Part shown: positions 37,323 to 49,264 of the stretch, piece after piece
Position numbering within the stretch: the stretch's first letter is position 1
Layout of the letters: each line of letters opens with the position of its first letter
Source: Macrostomum lignano
Lineage: Eukaryota
DNA length: 64,000 nucleotides
Direction of reading: 5' to 3'
NCBI GenBank assembly: GCA_002269645.1
Contig: NIVC01000341.1
Span: 62,001 to 126,000, forward strand
Position numbers and translations under genes: made by a program
The notes under the pieces: generated by a model
The model's input: only the letters and a program-made list of their open reading frames with translations
The model's database searches: none
What the model was told of the DNA's origin: nothing

Positions 37323-40300
37323 GCGAAGCACACGGCTCTACCGTTGCCTACTGATCTGCTTGACGGCGTGTGCATCAGCGCCAACAGTCTCGCTGAGCAC
37401 TGTCGCTGGGGTACCAGGCGCTATCGACTGGACAGTGAAACCGCTAACAGTAGTAACGATGGTAAACTATATCGCCTTGGCTGGCTATTGAAAGCGGCCA
37501 GTTTAATAGACTTGACCACACTGGCCGGGGACGACTGTCCCAGCAATGTTGTCCGTCTGTGTCACAAGGCTCGCCGACCTTTCGCATTCGCTGTGCTGGA
37601 CAAGTTGGAGTTTGAGCACGGAATCGATAAAGACGAGCTGCACACTGCGGCTGTGTGCCTGTATCCTTACCAGCTGGCCGCGGCCAAGTCTGCACTGGAT
37701 CAGATCGGCGCCTCCAACCGAATTCGGCTGGCCTGCGTTGCTACCGGCTTTCCTAGCGGCCAGTACGGCTTGGAGAGTCGCCTGGCCGAGATCCGATGGG
37801 CTGTTGAGCAGGGCGCTAATGAGGTTGATATTGTGATTAATCGGACACTGGCCCTGCAGGTGAGCAGATTGAGGAATGTAAGGATTGGGGAATGTCAAGA
37901 TTGGGGAAGATTGATGAAGATTGGGAAATTTGACAGTTAGGGAATGTGCAGATTGGAGAATGTAAAGATTGGGGAAAGTCAAGATTAGGGAATGTGAAGA
38001 TTAGGCAATATGCAGATTGGGGAATGTCAAGATTCGGGAATGTGAAGATTAGGCAATATGCAGATTGGGGAATGTCAAGATTAGGGAATGTGAAAATTGG
38101 AGAAGTTGAGGATTGGAGAATGTGAGGATTGGAGAATGTAAAGATTAAGAAATGTGAAGATTGAGGAAGATTGATGAAGATTGGGGAATGTGACAGTTAG
38201 AGAATGCGCAGATTGGAGAATGTAAAGATTGGGGAATGTCAAGGTTAGGGAATGTGAAGCTTAGGCAATATGCAGATTGGGGAATGTCAAGATTGGGGAA
38301 TGTCAAGATTAGGGAATGTGAAAATTGGGGAATTTGAGGATTGGAGAATGTAAAGATTAAGAAATGTGAAGATTGAGGAAGATTGGGGAATGTGACAGGG
38401 AATGTAAAGATTGGGAAATGTGAAGTTAAGGGGATATGAAAATCGGGAGCTATGAAATCTGATGAATATTAAGTTTTGAGAATCGCACACAAATTTTAAT
38501 TGTTCTGAAGTCGTCTTTGGGGAAATTTGAAGTCTGCACCGCTTGTACTTTTATTTACATCGACTTTTCTCTTGTAAAATAGCTGCTGTTTTCTTTGCTT
38601 GCTACTTAATTTAAAAAGTAAGCTGGCTGGCAAATATTTTCCATGATAATTAACTGCAGTATAAAATATGATTTGTACAATCAAATTACTCCTACCTGTA
38701 ATAGGGTCGCTGGTCAGATGTCTACGAGGAGGTGCGCGCGATGCGAGAGGCCTGCGGACCCTCTGTCTGCTTAAAAACTATACTGGGCGTTGGGGAGCTG
38801 GCCGCCTACGAGACTGTGTACAAGGCCAGCTTGGTCTGCATGTACGCTGGGGCCGATTTTATTAAGACCAGCACGGGAAAGGTTTGTTTGGTTCTATTGG
38901 CTTTATTTTCAATTCTCAGTTGATTCTTAAGCTCCAGCTAATATAGTGTGAGAAAGTACTCAATTGACTCATTGAGTGTCAGAAAAATACCCAATGACAG
39001 GCGAGAGATAGATACCTCTCAAGAGCTACCAAATGACAGATAATAAGCTACCAAATGACAGATCAAAAGCTACCAATAGTAACTGGTCATAAGCTACCAA
39101 ATGACAGGTCATATGCTACCAAATGACAGATCATAGCTACCAATAGTAACTGGTCATAAGCTACGAAATGACAGATCATAAGCTACCAATAGTAACTGGT
39201 CATAAGCTACCAAATGACAGGTCATATGCTACCAAATGACAGATCATAGCTACCAATAGTAACTGGTCATAAGCTACCAAATGACAGGTCATATGCTACC
39301 AAATGACAGATCATAGCTACCAATAGTAACTGGTCATAAGCTACCAAATGACAGGTCATATGCTACCAAATGACAGATCATAGCTACCAATAGTAACTGG
39401 TCATAAGCTACCAAATGACAGGTCATAAGCTACCAATAGTAACTGGTCATAAGCTACCTAATGACAGATCATAAGCTACCAATAGTAACTGGTCATAAGC
39501 TACCAAATGACAGATCATAAGCTACCAATAGTAACTGGTCATAAGCTACCTAATGACAGATCATAGCTACCAATAGTAACTGGTCATAAGCTACCAAATG
39601 ACAGATCATAAGCTACCAATAGTAACTGGTCATAAGGTACCTAATGACAGATCATAAGCTACCAATAGTAACTGGTCATAAGCTACCAAATGACAGATCA
39701 TAAGCTACCAATAGTAACTGGTCATAAGCTACCAAATGACAGGTCATAAGCTACCAAATGACAGATCATAAGCTACCAATAGTAACTGGTCATAAGCTAC
39801 CAAATGACAGATCATAAGCTACCAATAGTAACTGGTCATAAGCTACCAAATGACAGGTCATATGCTACCAAATGACAGATCATAAGCTACCAATAGTAAC
39901 AGGTCATAAGCTACCAAATGACAGATCATAAGCTACCAATAGTAACTGGTCATAAGCTACCAAATGACAGATCATAAACTACCAAATGACAGATTCTAAG
40001 CTACTAAGTGACAGGTCATGAGCTACTAAATGACAGGTCATAGGCTGCCATATGACAGGTCATAACGTACCAAATGACAGATCATAAGCTACCAATAGTA
40101 ACTGGTCATAAGCTATCAAATGACAGATCATAAGCTACCAATAGTAACTGGTCATAAGCTACCAATAGTAACTGGTCATAAGCTACCTAATGACAGATCA
40201 TAAGCTACCAATAGTAACTGGTCATAAGCTACCTAATGACAGATCATAAGCTACCAATAGTAACTGGTCTTAAGCTACCAAATGACTGGTCATAAGCTAC

Positions 40301-41461
40301 CAAATGACAGATCATAAGCTACCAATAGTAACTGGTCTTAAGCTATCAAATGACAGATCATAAGCTACCAATAGTAACTGGTCATAAGCTACCAATAGTA
40401 ACTGGTCATAAGCTACCAATAGTAACTGGTCATAAGCTACCAATAGTAACTGGTCATAAGCTACCTAATGACAGATCATAAGCTACCAATAGTAACTGGT
40501 CATAAGCTACCTAATGACAGATCATAAGCTACCAATAGTAACTGGTCATAAGCTACCTAATGACAGATCATAAGCTAACAATAGTAACTGGTCTTAAGCT
40601 ACCAAATGACTGGTCATAAGCTACCAAATGACAGATCATAAGCTACCAATAGTAACTGGTCTTAAGCTACCAAATGACAGGTCATAAGCTACCAATAGTA
40701 ACTGGTCATCAGCTACCAAATGACAGATCATAAGCTACCAATAGTAACTGGTCTTAAGCTACCAAATGACTGGTCATAAGCTACCAAATGACAGATCATA
40801 AGCTACCAATAGTAACTGGTCATAAGCTACCAAATGACAGGTCATAAGCTACCAAATGACAGGTCATAAGCTACCAAATGACAGGTCATAAGCTACCAAA
40901 TGACAGGTCATAAGCTACCAATAGTAACTGGTCTTAAGCTACCAAATGACAGGTCATAAGCTACCAAATGACAGGTCATAAGCTACCAAATGACAGGTCA
41001 TAAGCTACCAATAGTAACTGGTCTTAAGCTACCAAATGACAGGTCATAAGCTACCAAATGACAGGTCATAAGCTACCAAATGACAGGTCATAAGCTACCA
41101 ATAGTAACTGGTCATAAGCTATCAAATGACAAATAATCAGCTACCAAATGACCAAACGCCCCTCGCATCCCAGGAGTCGGTGAACGCCACCCTGCCCCTG
41201 TCGCTGGTGATGCTCCGAGCCATCAGCGAATTTCACGCTCGCACCGGCCGGCGAGTCGGGTTCAAGCCGGCAGGCGGCATCCGGACTGCGGCGGACGCGC
41301 TGGACTATTTGCACCTGGTGCAGTTCGCTCTGGGGCCTGACTGGCTGCAGCCAAACCTGCTCAGGATCGGAGCCAGCAGTCTGCTGGGCGAAATTGAGAA
41401 ATCCGCGTTTCGCTTGCTGATTGGCCGGGACGCCACTGCTGGGGATTTGCCGATGGCTTGA
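37323..41461 (+). CDS. DERA: Deoxyribose-phosphate aldolase, 3 exons, no in-frame ATG found
   Basis: Exons 37323-37859, 38705-38881 and 41174-41461 (GT-AG, phase 0). Motifs WLLKAASLIDLTTLAGDD, ATGFPSG, GANEVDIVINR, LKTIL, GADFIKTSTGK (Schiff-base Lys), GFKPAGGIR and RIGASSLL. In-frame stop at 37287; acceptor AG at 37321-37322. Confidence 0.93.
37870..38445. repeat. Degenerate purine-rich minisatellite in DERA intron 1
   Basis: Variants of aagattggggaatgt. Confidence 0.85.
39020..41150. repeat. Compound 22/24-bp minisatellite in DERA intron 2
   Basis: Interspersed units agctaccaaatgacagatcata and agctaccaatagtaactggtcata. Confidence 0.96.
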
Positions 41462-41544
41462 GAGTTGAGTTGGTTATGAGTTTGAGTAGCTAAGTACGCT
41501 GAACTTTTTAGCGTTTTGACTCTAATAGTTGTGAGATTTTTGCC

Positions 41545-42560
41545 GATTTTTTGCCTGAGACTAGGAATAGTGAGATTTTGAGCATGAGATTCTTGGAATA
41601 GTGAGATTTTGACCATGAGGCTCTAAGAATGGTGGGATTTTGAGCAGGAGATTCTAGGAATAGTGAGATTTTGAGCATGAGATTCTTGGAATAGTGAGAT
41701 TTTGACCATGAGGCTCTAAGAATGGTGGGATTTTGAGCCGGAGATTCTAGGAATAGTGAGATTTTGAGCATGAGATTCTTGGAATAGTGAGATTTTGACC
41801 ATGAGGCTCTAAGAATGGTGGGATTTTGAGCAGGAGATTCTAGGAATAGTGAGATTTTGAGCATGAGATTCTTGGAATAGTGAGATTTTGACCATGAGGC
41901 TCTAAGAATGGTGGGATTTTGAGCAGGAGATTCTAGGAATAGTGAGATTTTGAGCATGAGATTCTTGGAATAGTGAGATTTTGACCATGAGGCTCTAAGA
42001 ATGGTGAGATTTTGAGCAGGAGATTCTAGGAATAGTGAGATTTTGAGCATGAGATTCTTGGAATAGTGAGATTTTGACCATGAGGCTCTAAGAATGGTGG
42101 GATTTTGAGCAGGAGATTCTAGGAATGTTTAGATTTTGAGCAGGAGATTCTTAGAATGGTGAGATTTTAAGCATGAGATTCTAGGAATGGTTAGATTTTG
42201 AGCAGGAGATTCTAGGAATGGTGAGATTTTGAGCCGGAGATTCTAGGAATGGTGAGATTTTGAGCAGGAGATTCTAGGAATGGTTAGATTTTGAGCAGGA
42301 GATTCTAGGAATGGTGAGATTTTGACCCGGAGATTCTAGGAATGGTGAGATTTTGACCCGGAGATTCTTGAAATAGTGAGATTTTGACCATGAGGCTCTA
42401 AGAATGGTGAGATTTTGAGCAGGAGATTCTTGGAATGGTGGGATTTTGAGCAGGAGATTCTTGGAATGGTGAGATTTTGAGCAGGAGATTCTTGGAATGG
42501 TGAGATTTTAAGCATGAGATTCTAGGAATGGTGGGATTTTGAGCAGGAGATTCTTGGAAT
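41545..42560. repeat. 31-bp minisatellite with a 93-bp (3-mer) higher-order period
   Basis: Three 31-bp variants of gaatagtgagattttgagcatgagattcttg alternate regularly up to ~42120, then revert to monomers. Confidence 0.92.
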
Positions 42561-42867
42561 AGTGAATTTTGTGTATAAGACACAAGGAATGGTGAGATTG
42601 TGAGCATGAGCACTGTTAGTAAATTGTTTGAAATATCACAATAATTATGTACCATATTTTAATTAAAAATCATATTTGCAAATTAATTTAGTATTATAAA
42701 TAGTTTGTCTCAGGTGCTAGCACCTTTGCCTTACATCATATTGACGTAGGAATTGCAATATTTTTTATTCATTTAAATGCAATACAGTAAATGATGAATT
42801 CATGTGTCATTCCTGGCTTTTTATTTGTGACTTCCTGATTTTCTATATTTGCGGATAAATGGAATGG

Positions 42868-43053
42868 TAGACAGACAGACAGCCAGACAGACAGACAGCC
42901 AGACAGACAGGCAGGCAGACAGACAGACAGACAGACAGACAGACAGGACAGACAGACAGACAGACAGACAGACAGGACAGACAGACAGACGGGCAGACGG
43001 GCAGACGGACAGACAGGCAGGCAGGCAGGCAGACAGACAGACAGACAGACAGG

Positions 43054-43088
<35 letters not shown>

Positions 43089-43300
43089 CCAGACAGACAG
43101 ACAGCCAGACAGACAGGCAGGCAGACAGACAGACAGACAGACAGACAGACAGGACAGACAGACAGACAGACAGACAGGACAGACAGACAGACGGGCAGAC
43201 GGGCAGACGGACAGACAGGCAGGCAGGCAGGCAGGCAGACAGACAGACAGACAGACAGGCAGGCGGACAGACAGACACGCAGACAGTCACACAGACGGGC
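42868..43300. repeat. (AGAC/AGGC)n microsatellite
   Basis: Direct inspection. Confidence 0.97.
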
Positions 43301-43446
43301 ACAGAGACAGGCAGATCTATACCCTTCATTAAATCAGCCTATCGCATTATCAAGCTAGTGTCTCATAGCTACCGCAGACTATTTATCATACTACTGCACA
43401 ATCGCAGCTAACTCAGTAGTATGAATCGCTCCCCCGCAGCGGCGCT

Positions 43447-44615
43447 ATGGGCGGCTCCTACTCTCATTCCCCGCTGGCCCAATACGACGTGGCCTCGATC
43501 GTGTCCAGCACAGGCCTGTCTGCCTCCAATGTCCGCCAGCTGCACCAGCGCTACCGTCAGCTCTGCCTGCGCACCTGCGACGGTCGGCCTTCAGCTACCG
43601 CACCGCCAGCCGACGCGCCGAAACTTCTGTCACGCCGTCAGCTGCTAAGCGATCCCGAGCTCAGCTCGAATCCTCTTGCCGAGCGCATCGTTGCCGCCAT
43701 GTTCCCCGGCTCGGCTGACACGCTCACCTTTCCGGAGTTCTGCTCAGCTGTGGCCGTATTTCGGCCGGCTACGGACTCCGCCAGCCGGCTGGCTAAAGTG
43801 CAATTCGTCTATCGAATGCTGGCTATTGAGGGCAATGAGTTTTTAACAGCGTTTGAGCTCTGCTCACTGCTGCAGATGCTGGTTGGCAATCGTCTGCCTT
43901 TGGAACAGGTGAAACACTTTCCATGCCTTCAACCCCACTCCCCATGCCTTCAACCCCACTCTCCATGCCTTCAACCCCACTCCCCATGCCTTCAACCCAC
44001 TCCCCATGCCTTCAACCCACTCCCCATGCCTTCAACCCACTCCCCATGCCTTCAACCCACTCCCCATGCCTTCAACCCACTCCCCATGCCTTCAACCCCA
44101 CTCCCCATGCCTTCAACCCCACTCCCCATGCCTTCAACCCACTCCCCATGCCTTCAACCCCACTCCCCATGCCTTCAACCCCACTCCCCATGCCTTCAAC
44201 CCCACAAATCATGCCTTCAACCCCACTCCCCATGCCTTCAACCCACTCCCCATGCCTTCAACCCCACTCCCCATGCCTTCAACCCACTCCCCATGCCTTC
44301 AACCCCACTCCCCATGCCTTCAACCCCACTCCCCATGCCTTCAACCCACTCCCCATGCCTTCAACCCCACTCCCCATGCCTTCAACCCCACTCCCCATGC
44401 CTTCAACCCCACTCCCCAGAGTTAATCCTAAAGAAGCCTCGCTAATCTGCCAACTAATCCGCATCCCGCAGGTGCAATCAATCGCCTGTCGCGCCCTGTC
44501 CGAGGTGGACAAAGACAAGCACAATCGCATCACGAACAAAGAGTTTGTAGAAGCAATGGAAGGCCTAGATGTGGAACAGAAGATGTCCGTTCCATTCGAT
44601 CAGTGCGTCCTGTAG
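43447..44615 (+). CDS. Calcineurin B homologous protein (CHP)-like EF-hand protein, 2 exons, 201 aa
   Basis: Exons 43447-43908 and 44472-44615 (phase 0). N-terminal MGGSYS myristoylation pattern. PELSSNPLAERIVAAMFP..AVFRP, LQMLVG and the C-terminal DVEQKMS are all CHP1-like. Confidence 0.82.
43920..44417. repeat. 21/22-bp minisatellite in the CHP-like intron
   Basis: Unit ccccatgccttcaaccccact. Confidence 0.96.
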
Positions 44616-44714
44616 AAGTGCGTTGATTCCGAACTGAAACCATGATTAACTATACTGGTGCTTGTTTGAATGATTTGACTAAAATTTTTATCACTTTACG
44701 AGTATAGTGTGTCT

Positions 44715-46722
44715 ACCAAACACCTGTTGTACTGGGGCTGTGTACACCCAAGCACCTGCTGTACTAGGGTCTGTGTACACCCAAACACCTGTTGTACTGG
44801 GGTCTGTGTACACCCAAACACCTGTTGTACTGGGGTCTGTGTACACCCAAACACCTGTTGTACTTGGGTCTGTGTACACCCAAACACCTGTTGTACTGGG
44901 GTCTGTGTACACCCAAACACCTGTTGTACTGGGGTCTGTGTACACCCATACACCTGTTGTACTGGGGTCTGTGTTGTACACCCAAACACCTGTTGTACTG
45001 GGGTCTGTGTACACCCAAGCACCTGTTGTACTGGGGTCTGTGTTGTACACCCAAGCACCTGTTGTACTGGGGTCTGTGTTGTACACCCAAACACCTGTTG
45101 TACTGGGGTCTGTGTACACCCAAACACCTGTTGTACTGGGGTCTGTGTTGTACACCCAAACACCTGTTGTACTAGGGCTGTGTACACCCAAACACCTGTT
45201 GTACTGGGGTCTGTGTTGTACACCCAAACAATTGCTGTACTGGGGCTGTGTACACCCAAACACCTGTTGTACTTGGGTCTGTGTACACCCAAACAATTGC
45301 TGTACTGGGGCTGTGTACACCCAAACACCTGTTGTACTGGGGTCTGTGTTGTACACCAAGAACCTGTTGTACTTGGGTCTGTGTACACTCAAACACTTGC
45401 TGTACTGGGGTCTGTGTACACTCAAACACTTGCTGTACTTGGGTCTGTGTACACTCAAACACTTGCTGTACTGGGGTCTGTGTACACTCAAACACTTGCT
45501 GTACTTGGGTCTGTGTACACTCAAACACTTGCTGTACTGGGGTCTGTGTACACCCAAACACCTGTTGTGCTGGGGCTGTGTACACCCAAACAATTGCTGT
45601 ACTGGGTCTGTGTACACCCAAACACCTGTTGTACTGGGGTCTGTGTACACCCAAACACCTGTTGTGCTGGGTCTGTGTACACCCAAACACCTGTTGTACT
45701 TGGGTCTGTTGTACACTCAAACAATTGCTGTACTGGGGCTGTGTACACCCAAACACCTGTTGTACTTGGGTCTGTGTACACCCAAACACCTGTTGTACTG
45801 GGGTCTGTGTACACCCAAACACCTGTTGTACTGGGGTCTGTGTACACCCATACACCTGTTGTACTGGGGTCTGTGTTGTACACCCAAACACCTGTTGTAC
45901 TGGGGTCTGTGTACACCCAAGCACCTGTTGTACTGGGGTCTGTGTTGTACACCCAAGCACCTGTTGTACTGGGGTCTGTGTTGTACACCCAAACACCTGT
46001 TGTACTGGGGTCTGTGTACACCCAAACACCTGTTGTACTGGGGTCTGTGTTGTACACCCAAACACCTGTTGTACTGGGGCTGTGTACACCCAAACACCTG
46101 TTGTACTGGGGTCTGTGTTGTACACCCAAACAATTGCTGTACTGGGGCTGTGTACACCCAAACACCTGTTGTACTTGGGTCTGTGTACACCCAAACAATT
46201 GCTGTACTGGGGCTATGTACACCCAAACACCTGTTGTACTGGGGTCTGTGTTGTACACCCAAGAACCTGTTGTACTTGGGTCTGTGTACACTCAAACACT
46301 TGCTGTACTGGGGTCTGTGTACACTCAAACACTTGCTGTACTTGGGTCTGTGTACACTCAAACACTTGCTGTACTGGGGTCTGTGTACACTCAAACACTT
46401 GCTGTACTTGGGTCTGTGTACACTCAAACACTTGCTGTACTGGGGTCTGTGTACACCCAAACACCTGTTGTGCTGGGGCTGTGTACACCCAAACAATTGC
46501 TGTACTGGGTCTGTGTACACTCAAACACTTGCTGTACTGGGTCTGTGTACACCCAAACACCTGTTGTACTGGGGTCTGTTGTACACTCAAACACCTGTTG
46601 TACTGGGGTCTGTGTACACCCAAACACCTGTTGTACTGGGTCTGTGTACACCCAAACACCTGTTGTACTTGGGTCTGTGTACACCCAAACACCTGTTGTG
46701 CTGGGGCTGTGTACACCCAAAC
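44715..46722. repeat. 33/36-bp minisatellite, ~2 kb
   Basis: Unit gtacacccaaacacctgttgtactggggtctgt; source of the many long overlapping ORFs in several frames. Confidence 0.96.
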
Positions 46723-47249
46723 GCATTGTCTATGACCTCGCTCAATTCACTTGAGCGCACAGTCTTCTGTGTTCCACATGTACATGCGCAAGTCCCTATC
46801 CTACAGTTTATAAGTCAGTTAATTTTAATCGCTTTATCAATCGAAGATTTCATTTTCAAATTGATATTTTTGGTGTCGATTTGTCCAATAAAAATCTGTG
46901 CTATTCTGCTTCTGTACACTCTTTCATCTGTTGGTTGCAATATCAGCCCTGCATTCAGCCTCGCGATATGGTCACGCAGTATTTTATTGCACTCGCTACT
47001 GCTAGTACGCTCTAGTGGGTATGTGGGTGCTTGCTCTGCACTTCCTTTATCAATGCATAACATGCAATCTTTTTATCAGTGTTATAATCTCAATTATATT
47101 TTTAGCTTATAATCTCCTAATTATAAAATGATGATTCTTCTTAATTCATGGGTCTTTGTTGTTTAAAAGCGTGCTAAAAATATTATAAAGGCTTTTCAAA
47201 ATCAGAAGCCTTTAACTGAATTACCTGGATCACTTGAGCGGAAAACCAA

Positions 47250-47633
47250 GCTCCCCAAATCCTCAGTTGCTGGGCCAGCCTCCCAGAGTGTCAGTTGCTG
47301 GGCCAGCCTCCCAGATCCCCAGTTGCTGGGCCATCCTCCCAGAGTGTCAGTTGCTGGGCCAGCCTCCCAAATCCTCAGTTGCTGGGCCAGCCTCCCAAAT
47401 CCTCAGTTGCGGGGCCAGCCTCCCAAATCCCCAGTTGCTGGGCCAGCCTCCCAGATCCCCAGTTGCGGGGCCAGCCTCCCAGATCCTCAGTTGCTGGGCC
47501 AACCTCCCAGATCCCCAGTTGCTGGGCCAGCCTCCCAGATCCCCAGTTGCGGGGCCAGCCTCCCAGATCCTCAGTTGCTGGGCCAACCTCCCAGATCCCC
47601 AGTTGCTGGGCCAGCCTCCCAGATCCTCAGTTG
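47250..47633. repeat. 28-bp minisatellite (family shared with 35557 and 52133)
   Basis: Unit cagttgctgggccagcctcccagatcct. Confidence 0.94.
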
Positions 47634-49264
47634 CGAACAACATCAGGAATGCAGTTTCATCTTTGTCTTGTATCTGCCGCTTTGCTTTCAGTTGCGGGGG
47701 AAATATTTAATATTTACGAGTAATTACTGAAATGCAATTTACATGCTCAGCTCTAAAACCGTTTCAATTGAAGGCTACGCTATTCATTTTCTGCTTCAAC
47801 TAATTCCTAGCACACTTGCTATATATGTGCAATTTTTTAAGTTTTTTTAGTGCAATACGCTCACTTATGTTATTTTGTTGTTGTTTTAAATTGGCAAATA
47901 AATACACAAAAAACCCTGAACAACACCTGGCTTGGAGAAACTCATACGAGTGCAAGTCAGCTGCGCTATTTGGAAAACATTTTTCCGACAATAAATTACT
48001 GCTAAGAAACTTTTTATTGCTTGTGGTTTCTTGTCTTTTTTTTAATCTTACGTCTTTGGGACGTGGAGACTAGGACAGGAGAGAGGGAATGCTAAAGAAA
48101 GAGAAAAGGGCGGGGTGACACGAGAGGACAGTGAGAAGAGGAGAGAGAGAGAGAGAGAGAGAGAAAACAGTGAGAAGGAGAGGGATGACAGTGAGAGAAG
48201 TTAGAACACTGAATTCTCAACACTTGATTCTAACTGCAAAGCAAAGGATGGGAGAGCAGGGCAGGTAAATAAATGATCATGAGATAAAAATGAAGCAACG
48301 AGGGAGGGAACACGGGGGAAGCCTGGAACGAAGAGATCTGGAAGCGCAACGTGTGGGGAATGAGCCAGCGCGTGGGAACTAGTTTTGTTTCTTTGTTTGC
48401 AGCTGACAGGGTTGGAGTTCAAGGCGGAGACTTCAGCCGCTATTTATTGTTTATTGTACTCTCAAATTCCCATGCATATCTATCATAGAAAACTAGACTG
48501 ACTAACAAATATGTCGCCAGGAGTACGTCAGTGACTCAAGCACACACACACCCAATTTTAGTCTGTTTATGTGGCTTTTGCTGAGGCACACTTACCAAGG
48601 GTTTGGTTAACATTTTTACCTCAAGGGCCAGATCAAGAATCTAGCATATGACTGCATGTCAGGAGAGAGAGAGGAGAGGTGAGTTAAGAGAAGAAAGCAC
48701 AAAGAAAGGAGAGAAGAGAGGGGAGAGAGGAGAGCAGAGCGAGGGAGAGATAAGAGATGAGAGGAGAATCATCACCTCTCACCACAGTCAGAGGTGAGAG
48801 CAAAGAGAGGGAAAGAGAGGAGAGAGCTGAGAATAGACATACCTTGAGCGGGCCGGATTGCTTATTGTGAAGTTTTAAGGACCCGGACGGAGAGGCTTGG
48901 CGGGCGGGAGCTCGGACTCACCCCTGGATGCGTAAATGGACAACAGAATTTCACGAAAATCGCTGCCACGCGAAATGAAAACAAAGCGAACCGAAAAAAC
49001 ACCTGGCTGGGCTTGCATTGCTTGGGAACTTCTGTTTTTATTTATTAAGGTTAGAGAGGTTACAATATTTTCCTTTGATTATACTTTTACAAAACAAAAA
49101 TATTGTATTTCCGCGCGTAGTATATACATTTTTACTACGGGACTAAAGAACTTAATGTGGCTGTTGATTCTGTGTGTTAAAAAACTTATTTACAGTCGTC
49201 TGTGTAAGCTATTCTATATGACGGAACTGAAGTTCAGTCAGTAATAGAAGACATTTCTGTGGGG

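Noticed and set aside
46815-47063. Possible minus-strand exon (..ILRDHIARLNAGLILQP..)
   Set aside because: AT-rich, no recognisable family, and no convincing in-frame partner exons; left uncalled.
44691-47112. Long overlapping ORFs up to 801 aa (also 21883-22776, 33713-34408, 42769-43358, 57687-58654, 60100-60667)
   Set aside because: They are stop-free frames of minisatellites, open on both strands, with periodic translations.
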